64,000 nt of DNA from an uncultured bacterium (GCA_964644695.1 CAZXWN010000006.1:196-64195), one strand, 5' to 3'. Shown: positions 10,052-20,949, counted from the stretch's first letter. Numbers and translations: made by a program. Notes: generated by a model from the letters alone, not told the origin.

Positions 10052-11260
10052 TTAATATGAGTCAGTATACATATAATTCCATGAGACAACAGGCAGTAAT
10101 TCATCCAGTAATTTGACCCAGGTCTCAGGAATATTCTGGATTTGTATTTCTTCATAATAAGCGGGCAGCTGAGAGAATAATTTCCGTCCCAATACCCACT
10201 CTACCACCGCTGCCTGAGGTAAGTTTAATAGATGCTTACCCTCTTTATGTGTAACAGTAATCTGGCCCTTTACAGATTCCAAGGTGGCTTTCCCTTTGGG
10301 TGTTTGAATCGTTAATGAAATAGAATCCGGCCCCACCGGAGCACCCTCTAAAATCAGTTTCAGTAGTCCTTCCAGTTGGATTATATTCAACATTAGACCC
10401 TTATTATTCCGAGTCGTATAGGCGTTATTATTTTCCTTGAAGGCTTTTGTTAATGGATGGTTCAAGAAAATCCCTGGCAAAGCAAGCTTTCCCTGGTAAT
10501 TTTGGTTATAAGTAGAAGTGATGGCCCAGACCATTTCTTTCCAGAATAAGGAGTCGTCATTGGGACCTGCAATTTCCCTGACCCAGGCGTTGGTTTTTGT
10601 CGGGTTCATTCCACCGCGGAAATAACCTTTAATAGAACCTTTTTCATCAGTGAAAACTTGAAAAATCGGGTCTTTCCGATGCATCCACTTCAACTGTCCT
10701 GTCCAATATTCACGATTGCGGACGACCGGTCCTGTCAGATTCCGATTACAGGAGTCATAGAGTTTGATGATTGTGGACAGGTCTTTGTTTTCATAAGGAC
10801 GGACTTTATATTTTTTTAACCGACCGGGGGTCTGGTTCAGTGAAATTATGACATCCTTCTGAGGCCAGTTTTCAAATCCATGAGGTCGATACACTTCATG
10901 CACACCGGTATAAAGTCCGGATAGTAAGACCCCTTCATTTTCTCTCATGTAGCCGATGGCATCTTTTAAGACCGCTTCTATGAATCCCCGTCCCCGGTAT
11001 TCTGGCAAAGTGCCGACATTGGCGATTCCCGCAAATGGAACTTTTTTCCCCCGGATATAAACCTGCTTGATGAACATTTGGACTGAAGCCGCCAGCACTT
11101 CATTTTGAAATCCCAAACGGGTATGTTCCGGTTTCACTCCCGGATGATGATATAACTGGGGAGTAAAATTCAAGTCTCGATGTTCTCGAAATGATAATTC
11201 TAATTGTTCAAGAACCTGGTCTAATTCGCCTTGCCGGGCGCCGCGTACAAAAAAAGTCAT
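10052..11260 (-). CDS. GNAT acetyltransferase, Eis-like
   Basis: AGIANVGTLPEYRGRG acetyl-CoA motif, YRPHGFE; 402 aa fits Eis-type architecture. Confidence 0.85.
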   Translation of the reverse strand: MTFFVRGARQGELDQVLEQLELSFREHRDLNFTPQLYHHPGVKPEHTRLGFQNEVLAASVQMFIKQVYIRGKKVPFAGIANVGTLPEYRGRGFIEAVLKDAIGYMRENEGVLLSGLYTGVHEVYRPHGFENWPQKDVIISLNQTPGRLKKYKVRPYENKDLSTIIKLYDSCNRNLTGPVVRNREYWTGQLKWMHRKDPIFQVFTDEKGSIKGYFRGGMNPTKTNAWVREIAGPNDDSLFWKEMVWAITSTYNQNYQGKLALPGIFLNHPLTKAFKENNNAYTTRNNKGLMLNIIQLEGLLKLILEGAPVGPDSISLTIQTPKGKATLESVKGQITVTHKEGKHLLNLPQAAVVEWVLGRKLFSQLPAYYEEIQIQNIPETWVKLLDELLPVVSWNYMYTDSY

Positions 11261-11282
11261 AGATTAATCCAAAATTAAGTTT

Positions 11283-11858
11283 TTAGGTAAAGATGGGTAG
11301 TTCTGGGGGTATCCAAGGTACTTCCGGGCATCCCTCCCGTTTATTAACTGTCCTGGACATAACAAAGAGTAAATCTGATAACCGATTAAGATATTTCAGT
11401 CCCTCACGGTTAATGGTTTCTAAGGACATTAATACAACAACTGACCGTTCTGCCCTGCGGCACACACAGCGGGCTACATGGATTCTCCCTGCGGTCTCCG
11501 TTCCATTGGGAAGAACAAAATTTTTCAATGGCGGAAGGTCTTTTTCTAATTGGTCAATCCATTTTTCCAATTGTGTTGTATGAGTGTCTCTGATCCGATA
11601 CACGATTTTCTTTTTTTTGTCGGCGTTATCTGTTTCCATGCTGGATAAATCGGCTCCCAGTTCAAACAAATCCCCTTGAATCCGGGCAATCATATCGCGA
11701 AGGTCCGACTCTTTCAGCTTGGATAATACCAAACCCAACCAGGAGTTCAGCTCGTCCACATTACCGTAAGCTTCAATCCGGGCATTTGATTTTGGAACTT
11801 TCCCCCCGACGAAAAGGTAGGTTTCTCCCTGGTCGCCGGTTCGTGTGTATATACGCAT
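11283..11858 (-). CDS. pduO: ATP:cob(I)alamin adenosyltransferase, PduO type
   Basis: MRIYTRTGDQGET, EAYGNVDELNS, RCVCRRAER, YLNRLSDLLF. Alternative TTG start at 11897. Confidence 0.93.
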   Translation of the reverse strand: MRIYTRTGDQGETYLFVGGKVPKSNARIEAYGNVDELNSWLGLVLSKLKESDLRDMIARIQGDLFELGADLSSMETDNADKKKKIVYRIRDTHTTQLEKWIDQLEKDLPPLKNFVLPNGTETAGRIHVARCVCRRAERSVVVLMSLETINREGLKYLNRLSDLLFVMSRTVNKREGCPEVPWIPPELPIFT

Positions 11859-11945
11859 ATGATTGTCAGAATAGTGAATATCTGGTTTGTCTGTCAAGTG
11901 AGCCTCAAATTATCCCTGATATCCTCATAAAGAGGTATTCTACAA

Positions 11946-11992
11946 ACGAAGAATCCACGGACTTAGTCCGAGCAGCTCCGTGAATGGTTCGT
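11946..11992. repeat. 47-bp palindromic intergenic repeat, copy 1
   Basis: acgaagaatccacgga-cttagtccgagcagc-tccgtgaatggttcgt; homologous to 31230-31276 and 54464-54510. Confidence 0.85.
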
Positions 11993-12008
11993 CATAGATT
12001 ATAGAATA

Positions 12009-12491
12009 TTAAAGATTATCTTTTTGGAGAAGTACGATGGATTGGACCGCAATTCCCTGTTTATCCCCCAGAGCACCCAAATGTTTAGGGGTGGTGGCTT
12101 TCAGGCTCAGTGCATCGGGTTCGATTTTCAACAGGGGGCACAAGTGTTCCATCATAGAGGGCAAATGGGGTCCCAGTTTAGGAACTTGAGCGATAATCGT
12201 TGCATCGACATTTACGATATGGTAACCCTTCTCATGGATGAGGGTCATGGTTCTTTCCAGGAGTATCAGGCTTCGGATTCCCATCACTTCAGGAGTTCCG
12301 ACCCCAAAGACTCGACCAATATCTCCTAAAGCCAAAGCACCTAACAGGGCATCAATCAGGGAGTGAGCCAACACATCCGCATCGGAATCCCCTTCCAGAC
12401 CTCTTTCGTTGGGAATCGTTACTCCACCAAGCACCAATGGCCGGTTATCCATAAAAGGATGAACATCGAAACCTAATCCAACTCGATACAT
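12009..12491 (-). CDS. ispF: 2-C-methyl-D-erythritol 2,4-cyclodiphosphate synthase
   Basis: RVGLGFDVHPF, LVLGGV, SDADVLAH, DALLGA..LGDIG; 1-nt overlap with ispD stop. Confidence 0.96.
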   Translation of the reverse strand: MYRVGLGFDVHPFMDNRPLVLGGVTIPNERGLEGDSDADVLAHSLIDALLGALALGDIGRVFGVGTPEVMGIRSLILLERTMTLIHEKGYHIVNVDATIIAQVPKLGPHLPSMMEHLCPLLKIEPDALSLKATTPKHLGALGDKQGIAVQSIVLLQKDNL

Positions 12492-13204
12492 CAGCTATTT
12501 TCTCCTCGGCCCGAGGCTTGTTGTTGTCGATATATCCAACAGGCCAGTTTTAAGTCGTCAGGGGTGGTGATTTTGATATTCTCTGCAGGCCCGGGAACGA
12601 TGACGGCTTTCTTCCCGATTTTTTCTAAAAGAGAAGCATCATCTGTTACCGCCCATTGATGTTCATGAGACAGTTCGTACGCCATTTTAATGGTCGATAA
12701 TCGGAAACACTGGGGTGTTTGGACAGCCCAGAGAGCCTCCCGGGGAATGGTTCGGAGGATATGGCGATATTCGTCCACTTCTTTAAGTGTGTCATAGATT
12801 TTAGTGCCAATGATGGCTCCATCGGCATCTGCCAGGGCATTCCTACAGTCTGCTAACATTCCGGTCGATATGAAGGGGCGGGCTCCATCCTGGATAGCGA
12901 CAAATTCGGTAGATTCAGGAACCATTTTAATTCCTTCCCAGACGGAATGCTGGCGTTCTTTCCCGCCGGGGATGATATGAGTCACTTTTGTTATTTCATG
13001 GGATTCAACCAATTCCTGACACTTCTCTAATAACTCCATGGACGTCACCAGAACAATATCTTTGACAATCGGGGAGTGTTGTAATGATTCCAGAGTACGA
13101 ATGAGGACAGGTTTTCCTTCTAAATCCTGAAGGATTTTAGGTGTATCAATTCCGAACCGGGTTCCTTTTCCGGCCGCTACAACAATTACGGTGAATGGGT
13201 TCAT
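12491..13204 (-). CDS. ispD: 2-C-methyl-D-erythritol 4-phosphate cytidylyltransferase
   Basis: AAGKGTRFG, GGKERQHSV, DGARP, VQTPQ, NIKITTPDDL. Confidence 0.96.
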   Translation of the reverse strand: MNPFTVIVVAAGKGTRFGIDTPKILQDLEGKPVLIRTLESLQHSPIVKDIVLVTSMELLEKCQELVESHEITKVTHIIPGGKERQHSVWEGIKMVPESTEFVAIQDGARPFISTGMLADCRNALADADGAIIGTKIYDTLKEVDEYRHILRTIPREALWAVQTPQCFRLSTIKMAYELSHEHQWAVTDDASLLEKIGKKAVIVPGPAENIKITTPDDLKLACWIYRQQQASGRGENS

Positions 13205-13221
13205 ATTCCAATATCATACCT

Positions 13222-13260
13222 AAAAAAAACGGAGTATGACTGTTTGAGTCACACTCCGTT
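13222..13260 (-). terminator. Intrinsic terminator between yacL and ispD
   Basis: aacggagtatgac/gtcacactccgtt stem followed by U8 on minus strand. Confidence 0.65.
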
Positions 13261-13279
13261 ACAAATTTTTCTTTTGAAA

Positions 13280-14275
13280 TTATTCGCCGGCGACTTTCGC
13301 AAAAATCATACGGCCAGCAGTGGTTTGTAAAACACTGGTGACGGCGACATCGACTTTCTGATTCATGAATCCGCGTCCATTATCAACAACGACCATTGTT
13401 CCATCGTCCAGATAACCCACTCCCTGGTTATATTCCTTACCTTCACGAAGAATGAAAACCTTGAATTCTTCACCCGGTAGAACGACGGGCCGCAGAGCAT
13501 TGCCCAGTTCATTTATATTCAGAACATCAACACCCTGGATTTCTGCAACCTTATTAAGATTGAAATCATTGGTGATGATGGGGCAGTTCATGGCTTTTGC
13601 CAGTTCTACAAGTTTGGAATCCACCGCGGGTACGGAAGGATAATCAGTCTCAATGATTTCAACTGGATAGTTGATTTTTTGAAGCTTATTCAGAATATCC
13701 AGACCGCGGCGGCCTCTTTTTCGACGCATTGGATCCGAGGAGTCAGCGATGTGCTGCAATTCATTGAGAACAAATCGTGGAATAATCAATATTCCGGAAA
13801 GAAATCCAGTTTCGGCAATATCCGCAATGCGTCCATCAATGATGACGCTGGTATCGAGTATTTTGTAGGAGTCTTTGCCTGAGATGTTTGGCGCACCAGG
13901 TATGGATGGAGTAATTGCTCCCAGTTGGAATAAGTCGGATTTCTGGTATCCCAAAGTCAACCCGAGATACCCTAAAAACAAGGGCATCATGATAACAAAC
14001 AGGTCGGTATGTTTTGGAGGGATAACCATGATGAAGGCGTTGACAATGAGTAACCCAATCACCAAGCCTAACATCAACCCCAGCATTCCAAATACGATGG
14101 CTTTTATCTTCAGTTTACGCAACTGAAGTTCCAGCCCCAAAATTAAAAGTCCGAGTATGAATCCCAGCACCCCGCCGATTAGTGCCTGGTTTAAGGGGAA
14201 TCCCTTCGTGGATAATAAATAGAATGTGAATGCGGCGGTAAGAATGACAAAGATTGTTCTTACGATGAGTAGCAT
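13280..14275 (-). CDS. yacL: PIN/TRAM domain membrane protein (YacL family)
   Basis: N-terminal TMs, [43 protein letters not shown]; radA-yacL-ispD-ispF synteny. Confidence 0.92.
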   Translation of the reverse strand: MLLIVRTIFVILTAAFTFYLLSTKGFPLNQALIGGVLGFILGLLILGLELQLRKLKIKAIVFGMLGLMLGLVIGLLIVNAFIMVIPPKHTDLFVIMMPLFLGYLGLTLGYQKSDLFQLGAITPSIPGAPNISGKDSYKILDTSVIIDGRIADIAETGFLSGILIIPRFVLNELQHIADSSDPMRRKRGRRGLDILNKLQKINYPVEIIETDYPSVPAVDSKLVELAKAMNCPIITNDFNLNKVAEIQGVDVLNINELGNALRPVVLPGEEFKVFILREGKEYNQGVGYLDDGTMVVVDNGRGFMNQKVDVAVTSVLQTTAGRMIFAKVAGE

Positions 14276-14369
14276 CTATGTTACACCTCCTTTCCAGTCA
14301 GCAAATTTTTCTAAATGTATTAATTAACCATTATAGATTAAATATCAATAGCACGGCAAAGAGGATGAC

Positions 14370-15758
14370 TTACAGTAATGACAATTGTTTCAGCGCTTCA
14401 TCAAGGCTGGAAACAGGATAGAGTTTGATTTTTCCGCGTTCATATTTAGGGTCGTAATTACTTTTGGCCATCAGAAGATGAGTAAATCCGAGATTATCCG
14501 CTTCGGCGATTCTTTTTTCAATCCAATGGACAGAACGGATTTCACCCGATAATCCGACTTCTCCAGCAGCGGCCCAATCCGGACTTACAGGCCTGTTTCT
14601 AAAACTGGACGCCAACGCAATAGCCATACCCAAATCCAGTGCAGGTTCTTCAATTTTAATACCACCCGCAATATTTACATAAACATCTGACTGGCTTATA
14701 TGAAGTCCGCATCTTTTTTCAAGAACGGCCATAAGGAGCGAGGCCCGCCGGATATCAACACCGGTGGACATCCGTCTTGGAGCTCCGAATCCTGAACCCG
14801 GTGTAACCAGAGCTTGTACTTCAACCAGTAACGGGCGTGTTCCCTCTACACTTGGAACGACGACAGAACCGGGAGCATGATCGGGTCTTTCTGACAAAAG
14901 GATTCGAGAAGGATTATCCACTTCCATCATCCCTTCTTCACGCATTTCAAAAATCCCCATCTCATCAGTTGAACCAAATCGGTTTTTTACGGCACGCAAA
15001 ACCCGGTACCGTTGATATCTCTCACCTTCCAGATACAGGACGGTATCGACCAGATGTTCCAATACACGAGGTCCGGCAATAGTTCCATCTTTGGTGACAT
15101 GTCCGACCAGGAAAACTGGGATGCCCTCATTTTTTGCAAGGAACATCAATTGGGCGGCACATTCACGCACTTGCCCTACGGAACCGGGTGCCGATGTCAG
15201 GTCTGGCTTATAGACAGTCTGGATGGAGTCAATTACTACAGCGAAGGGACGCATCTGGATGATTTGTTCACAGATGACATTTATATCTGTTTCAGGAAAA
15301 AGGAAGAGACCTTCTGAAGTCAGTCCCAGTCTTTCAGCTCTTAGCTTCACTTGGAGAGAGGATTCTTCTGCGGAGACATATAGCAAGGGTCCGGATTGTC
15401 GGCTGATGGAGTCAGCTGATTGTAATAACAGGGTAGATTTACCGATCCCCGGCTCTCCCCCAATTAAAACGAGTGACCCCGGAACAATGCCGCCTCCTAA
15501 TACCCGGTCAAATTCACGGATTCCTGTTGCATGGCGGTTATGTTCTGAGGTTTTGATTTCTTTTAATTTCTGGGGAGCTTTTATTCCTGTGTCCAGTCGT
15601 TGTCGGAGATTGGAAAAGGATGATTTATCAGGCCCTGGCATGGACTCTTCGACCATGGTATTCCATTCCTGACAAGCAGGGCATCGTCCTGTCCACTTAG
15701 GGGATTCACCCCCACAGCTCTGACAGACAAACCGGGTTGCATTATTTTTTCCTGCCAT
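14370..15758 (-). CDS. radA: DNA repair protein RadA/Sms
   Basis: CQSCG..W.GRCPAC zinc finger, GGEPGIGKST, KNRFG, Lon-like C-terminus. Confidence 0.97.
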   Translation of the reverse strand: MAGKNNATRFVCQSCGGESPKWTGRCPACQEWNTMVEESMPGPDKSSFSNLRQRLDTGIKAPQKLKEIKTSEHNRHATGIREFDRVLGGGIVPGSLVLIGGEPGIGKSTLLLQSADSISRQSGPLLYVSAEESSLQVKLRAERLGLTSEGLFLFPETDINVICEQIIQMRPFAVVIDSIQTVYKPDLTSAPGSVGQVRECAAQLMFLAKNEGIPVFLVGHVTKDGTIAGPRVLEHLVDTVLYLEGERYQRYRVLRAVKNRFGSTDEMGIFEMREEGMMEVDNPSRILLSERPDHAPGSVVVPSVEGTRPLLVEVQALVTPGSGFGAPRRMSTGVDIRRASLLMAVLEKRCGLHISQSDVYVNIAGGIKIEEPALDLGMAIALASSFRNRPVSPDWAAAGEVGLSGEIRSVHWIEKRIAEADNLGFTHLLMAKSNYDPKYERGKIKLYPVSSLDEALKQLSLL

Positions 15759-15767
15759 AATGTTGGC

Positions 15768-17198
15768 CTAGTACCTAATCATCATGCCGGCATTGACTTC
15801 GGCTTCTTTATTCTGAATTTCAGCGCCAGCAATGCCGTACCAGTCCACATCCAGATAATTAAACATTTTGTAATTCGTCTGAATATCAACCCGAGGGTGT
15901 GTGTCCGTTAATCCGACTCCGGTTACACCAACAGACCATTGATTGGGTATCAGATTATAGTCAAAACCTGCGGCTGCCTTGGACTCTAATACACCCAGTT
16001 TGACGTCCAGTTTCCCAAGCCGGCGGTAATACATTAAATCCAATCCTGCTTTTTGACCGATATCGCTGGCACCAATCATATAGTATTTTTCATCACTGGG
16101 AGCATACCGGATATGGATATCATTCCTTAATCGGTCAAGGTGTCCCCTGTATCGAAGGTCATATTCGTATTGTGTTTTGGATAAAGCACGGTTGGCTGAG
16201 GAAAGAGATAAAGCCACTTCCTTGATGGCAGACACTGTGGACGTCGTCTGGTTATACAAGTTATCGTCATGAACCAGTTTCCCAACATTTCCTTCACCTT
16301 TTTCAATCTTGGCGGCAATGTTGTCCAATCGTTTCATGGTGGTTTTAAAGTCTGCTGAGGCATCTCGGAAATTCTTTAATGTAGTTGTCAGATCTGGACG
16401 CCCTTCTGTGGCCGTAGTTCCAAGTTCATAGGTAAGCTTATCCAGGTTTGTCATGATAGCGCCTGTATGTTCCCGCATATCTTTGCTTGTCTGGGCCAGG
16501 TTTGCCACAATCACCCGGGTATCGGTTCTGTTTTCTTTCAAAAGAGAATCAACTTCCAGAACGGTTCGATTCATGTTCTCGGATAAGATTCGGAGGTTTC
16601 GGATAAAGGATTCAGTATCTCCACGACGACCGGCAACCAACTCATCAATATTTCGGCTAATGGAATCCATTCGCAAAATAGTATTTTTTAACGACATCTT
16701 GGTGCTTTCCACCGCAAAGACATCCGCAATGGCTTCCATGGTTTTAGCCAGGTTGTCGGCGACTGATTTCGAGGCATTAAGAATTTCCTGTATCTCAGTT
16801 GGGCTTTGCCCAATAATGGGCGCTCCCACTTCATTGAAAGGGGAATCTGCGGTACCGGCGTATATCTCAACATACTTCTCACCCATTAATCCCATTGTAT
16901 TAATGAATGCACGGCAATTTTGATGTAATCTGGCTTTTTGTGTTAGTTCGATATCGACAAATACGGGGGGGACTGAATCTGGGTGAATCGTGATGGATTT
17001 TACGGTGCCTACTTTTACCCCATTCAAATGGACAGGCGCTCCGGTTTGTAAGCCACTGACAAAATCAAACCGGACCTGTAATGGATAGGTCTTGGTGAAT
17101 AAGTGGAATTTTCCTACAAAGAGGGTTCCAAATCCTAATACAAGAAGGGCCAGTAGGGTTAAAATTCCGATTTTAAACTCGGGTGATAGTCTCTTCAT
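15768..17198 (-). CDS. mlaD: MCE/MlaD family protein with helical region and probable C-terminal beta-barrel
   Basis: EFKIGI TM anchor, FVSGLQTGAPVHLNGVKVGTV, GLMGEKYVEI; amphipathic strands ending in terminal Tyr. Confidence 0.88.
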   Translation of the reverse strand: MKRLSPEFKIGILTLLALLVLGFGTLFVGKFHLFTKTYPLQVRFDFVSGLQTGAPVHLNGVKVGTVKSITIHPDSVPPVFVDIELTQKARLHQNCRAFINTMGLMGEKYVEIYAGTADSPFNEVGAPIIGQSPTEIQEILNASKSVADNLAKTMEAIADVFAVESTKMSLKNTILRMDSISRNIDELVAGRRGDTESFIRNLRILSENMNRTVLEVDSLLKENRTDTRVIVANLAQTSKDMREHTGAIMTNLDKLTYELGTTATEGRPDLTTTLKNFRDASADFKTTMKRLDNIAAKIEKGEGNVGKLVHDDNLYNQTTSTVSAIKEVALSLSSANRALSKTQYEYDLRYRGHLDRLRNDIHIRYAPSDEKYYMIGASDIGQKAGLDLMYYRRLGKLDVKLGVLESKAAAGFDYNLIPNQWSVGVTGVGLTDTHPRVDIQTNYKMFNYLDVDWYGIAGAEIQNKEAEVNAGMMIRY

Positions 17199-17366
17199 AT
17201 TTTGAGATGAGATTGCCTTTCCAAAAAGTAATCAGGGGCAAATATCTGTTGCACTCTCCAATTATTTGAATTATAGGTGTGTTAGCCATTAAAATTCAAG
17301 CAATATAGAGTATCAAGTATAAGTATATCTTATGATAAAGTAAGTGGAGAGAGAGGTGGACTACTT

Positions 17367-18707
17367 ATGAACACACTTATAGCTTTTGTAGTTTTGCTGG
17401 TTATTGCCATCATCTTCCATGAGTTGGGGCATTTTTTAATCGCCAAAATAGTGGGAGTTCGTGTGGAACAGTTCTCCCTGGGATTCCCTCCTCGTTTGTT
17501 CGGTGTCAAAGTCGGAGAAACGGATTACTGTGTATCTGCGGTCCCCATGGGCGGATATGTAAAACTGACTGGGCAGGACCCAGGTGAGAGCTTGACCGGT
17601 GCTCGGCATGAGTTTCAATCTCGATCTCCCTGGGTAAAAATTGCCATTGTAATTGGGGGGCCATTTGCCAATGTGGTGACAGCCTATGTACTTCTTGTTT
17701 TGGCTCTGGTTATTGGATTTCCAACTATCAGCCCTATTCTAGATACGATTGAACCGGGTTCTCCTGCAGAAAAAGCGGGATTGAAAACAGGCGATTTGCT
17801 GACTTCAGTGAATGGGATTTCTTATGCCAAATTGGATGATTCAAATTTCAAGGCTAAAGAGCTTGCTGGTAAACAAATAAAAATCGGAATTCTCCGCGAT
17901 AACCAGAATATGGATATCCTGGTGACTGCACCCGATAAGTTTGAGGCTCTCGACAGTTTAGGCTTTGATTATTTATTGCCAGCATTAATTGGTGTGGTTC
18001 AACCCAATTCCCCGGCTGCCCGTGCTGGATTACAACAGGGTGACAGAGTTGTAAGTGTAGATGGTAAACCCACTAATGATAGATGGATGAATGTCAGCAA
18101 GGCTATTCAGGCTGCCAAAGGCTCTCCCGTTGTGTTAGGTGTTAAACGCGGTAGTCAAGTCTTGGATGTCAAGGTTCAACCCGAACCCAGTTATTATCCC
18201 GAGGATACCGGTAAAGATAAACGTTATGTTATTGGAATTGTGGTTCAGCCGTACAGCAAATCCGGTCCAGTGATTCGACTTAAACCCACTGAAGCCCTTA
18301 TACAGGGGGGTGTGGAGTTAGTAGATAAAATTAAACTGATATTTGATGGTTTCTACATGGTGTTTGCAGGCGTTATTCCTGTTAAACAGGCTCTAGGTGG
18401 ACCTCAGTCTATTGCTGTGATTGCCGGCCAGTACAGCCAGTTGGGTCTTTCACATTTTCTGATGTTCTGCGCCATGATTAATTTGTCACTGTGGATATTG
18501 AATCTGCTGCCGATTCCTGTTTTGGATGGTGGGCATGTCTTGTTTTATGTGATTGAATTAGTCAGAGGAAAACCCGTCTCGCGTAAGGTTTGGGATTTAG
18601 CCACACGGGCAGGAATGACGTTGCTTCTGGCTTTGATGATCTTTGTCATTGTGAACGACTTTATAAGCTCAGGAATACTCGGTCGGTTGTTTGGTATTGG
18701 CCGATAA
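17367..18707 (+). CDS. rseP: RIP metalloprotease with two PDZ domains
   Basis: HELGH, NLLPIPVLDGGH, PGSPAEKAGL and PNSPAARAGL PDZ motifs. Confidence 0.95.
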   Translation: MNTLIAFVVLLVIAIIFHELGHFLIAKIVGVRVEQFSLGFPPRLFGVKVGETDYCVSAVPMGGYVKLTGQDPGESLTGARHEFQSRSPWVKIAIVIGGPFANVVTAYVLLVLALVIGFPTISPILDTIEPGSPAEKAGLKTGDLLTSVNGISYAKLDDSNFKAKELAGKQIKIGILRDNQNMDILVTAPDKFEALDSLGFDYLLPALIGVVQPNSPAARAGLQQGDRVVSVDGKPTNDRWMNVSKAIQAAKGSPVVLGVKRGSQVLDVKVQPEPSYYPEDTGKDKRYVIGIVVQPYSKSGPVIRLKPTEALIQGGVELVDKIKLIFDGFYMVFAGVIPVKQALGGPQSIAVIAGQYSQLGLSHFLMFCAMINLSLWILNLLPIPVLDGGHVLFYVIELVRGKPVSRKVWDLATRAGMTLLLALMIFVIVNDFISSGILGRLFGIGR

Positions 18708-18817
18708 TAGCACGGGATTATTTATCCTTATTTGTCCTGAGTGGGTCGGGTAAGGTAAAATGTAAAATCCTTTAGTAAGGTTTTATTTAATCATTCTGTA
18801 CGGAAAGATGAATCACC

Positions 18818-20545
18818 ATGCGTTGGTCTAATACAATTATCCCTACTTTGAAAGAAATCCCGGCGGAAGCCGAAATTGCTTCGCATCAGTTGATGTTGCG
18901 TGCTGGTTTAATGCGGAAACTGGCTTCAGGCCTCTACACTTACCTTCCATTAGGCTGGAGGTTCATCCGCAAGGTTGAACAAATTGTCCGTGAAGAAATG
19001 GACCGTGCTGGTGCCTTAGAACTGGTGATGCCTCAATTACATCCCATTGAATTATGGGATCAGTCCGGTCGTTCCAAAATCATGGGTAAGGAAATGATGA
19101 GGCTTAATGACCGCAATGAGCGTCAGTTTGTACTGGGACCCACTCATGAAGAAATCATTACCTCATTAGTCGCTAATGAAATCCGTTCTTATAAGCAACT
19201 CCCGAAGAATTTCTATCAGATTGCAACAAAATTCAGAGATGAGATTCGTCCTCGTTTTGGAGTGATGCGTGCCCGTGAATTCATTATGAAAGATGCTTAT
19301 TCATTCGACGCGACAGATGAAGCAGCGAATAAGTCATATAAGGCAATGTATGATGCCTATTCCCGAATATTTAAGCGTTGTGGCTTGGATACTTTGCCAG
19401 TAGAAGCGGATACCGGGGCAATTGGTGGTAATTCCTCCCATGAGTTTATGGTGCCAGCTGAAGTGGGTGAAGACCAAATGGTTGGCTGCCCGGGATGTCG
19501 TTACTCCGCTAATCTGGAGAAGGCGGAATGTGTTGCCGGCGATTGGACTGGAAAAGAAATTGCGGATGACTTGATGCCGATTGCCGTTGAAACTCCAGGC
19601 CAGAAGACAATTGATGACGTCTCCAAATTCCTGGGGATTTTACCCTCTGAATTAGTGAAAACTCTTATATATGAAGCTGATGGTGTCCCTGTTGCTGTCT
19701 TATTACGGGGCGACCATGATGTTAATGAGATTAAATTAAAGAAGGTTCTGGGGTGTGAGGAGTTAGCTTTGGCAACCCCGGATGTTATACAAAAAGTGAC
19801 TGGAGCTCCGGTTGGATTTGCTGGTCCTGTAGGCTTGAAAGATGTTCGCATCGTGGCCGATTTAGCGGTGACTCGAGTTCGGTCCTGTGCCGTAGGTGGA
19901 AACCAGCAGGATGTTCATTTGACCCAGGTAAAACCAGGCCGTGATTTTGTTTTGAGTGAAACAGCAGATCTTCGGGTTGCAAAAGATGGTGATTCCTGTC
20001 CTCGTTGTGGCCAAATTGTGAACTTATCGTGGGGAATTGAAGTGGGCCATTGTTTCAAGCTGGGCACGAAATATAGCGAAGCTTTTTCGGCTAAGTATCT
20101 GGATGAAAACGGTAAGGAACAAACTATCATCATGGGTTGTTATGGTATTGGTGTGACTCGGACAGCGGCGGCAGTTATTGAATGTCATCATGACGCTGAT
20201 GGAATCATATTCCCGTGGTCTGTAGCACCCTATCAGATTGTTTTGTTAAACTTGAACCCCAAAGTCCAGGATATGAGTCAATATGCTGAAAATCTTTATC
20301 AAGAATTAATGGATAATGGGTTTGAGGTAATATATGATGAAAGAGATGAAAGACCTGGGGTAAAATTTAAAGATGCCGACCTTTTAGGATTTCCAATTCG
20401 GATTACGGTTGGAGAACGCAATTTCAAACAGGGTCAGGTGGAAATAGTAGTACGATCAGATAAACGATCACTAACTATCCCTCTGACAGATTTATTGGAT
20501 ACTGTGAAGAATTTGCGACAAGAATTGTTAGACGTTTTGAATTGA
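18818..20545 (+). CDS. proS: Proline-tRNA ligase (with editing insertion)
   Basis: ASHQLMLRAG, KFRDEIRPRFGVMRAREF, MGCYGIGVTR. Confidence 0.98.
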   Translation: MRWSNTIIPTLKEIPAEAEIASHQLMLRAGLMRKLASGLYTYLPLGWRFIRKVEQIVREEMDRAGALELVMPQLHPIELWDQSGRSKIMGKEMMRLNDRNERQFVLGPTHEEIITSLVANEIRSYKQLPKNFYQIATKFRDEIRPRFGVMRAREFIMKDAYSFDATDEAANKSYKAMYDAYSRIFKRCGLDTLPVEADTGAIGGNSSHEFMVPAEVGEDQMVGCPGCRYSANLEKAECVAGDWTGKEIADDLMPIAVETPGQKTIDDVSKFLGILPSELVKTLIYEADGVPVAVLLRGDHDVNEIKLKKVLGCEELALATPDVIQKVTGAPVGFAGPVGLKDVRIVADLAVTRVRSCAVGGNQQDVHLTQVKPGRDFVLSETADLRVAKDGDSCPRCGQIVNLSWGIEVGHCFKLGTKYSEAFSAKYLDENGKEQTIIMGCYGIGVTRTAAAVIECHHDADGIIFPWSVAPYQIVLLNLNPKVQDMSQYAENLYQELMDNGFEVIYDERDERPGVKFKDADLLGFPIRITVGERNFKQGQVEIVVRSDKRSLTIPLTDLLDTVKNLRQELLDVLN

Positions 20546-20559
20546 GTGTGGAGGCAGTC

Positions 20560-20949
20560 ATGTCCGTAGATGCCAAAAAACTAGTATTAGTTGCTGAAGA
20601 TCATGAAGATATCCGGCGGTTGCTGGAAATAGTATTTACCCAGGCTGGATATCAGGTAAAAACCGTTGCTGATGGCCGGGCCGCTCTTAAGGAAATTGAA
20701 ACAGAGAAACCTAACTTGGTCATTACTGATATTCTTATGCCTTATCTAAATGGATTTAAACTTTGTGAGTCCATAAAGACGGATCCCAGGTTTTCTTCTA
20801 TTCCAGTGATCATGATGACGGCCGTATATCGTCAGGATCACCATGTGGATATGGGGTTTAATTGTGGCGCAGATGCTTATTTTTCTAAACCCTTCCAAAC
20901 AGATAAGGTTTTGGAAGTTGCCATTAAATTGATGGGTGACGAAAAATAG
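20560..20949 (+). CDS. Single-domain response regulator
   Basis: AEDHED, ITDILMP (phospho-Asp), FSKP; ATG 20560 behind GGAGG. Confidence 0.9.
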   Translation: MSVDAKKLVLVAEDHEDIRRLLEIVFTQAGYQVKTVADGRAALKEIETEKPNLVITDILMPYLNGFKLCESIKTDPRFSSIPVIMMTAVYRQDHHVDMGFNCGADAYFSKPFQTDKVLEVAIKLMGDEK

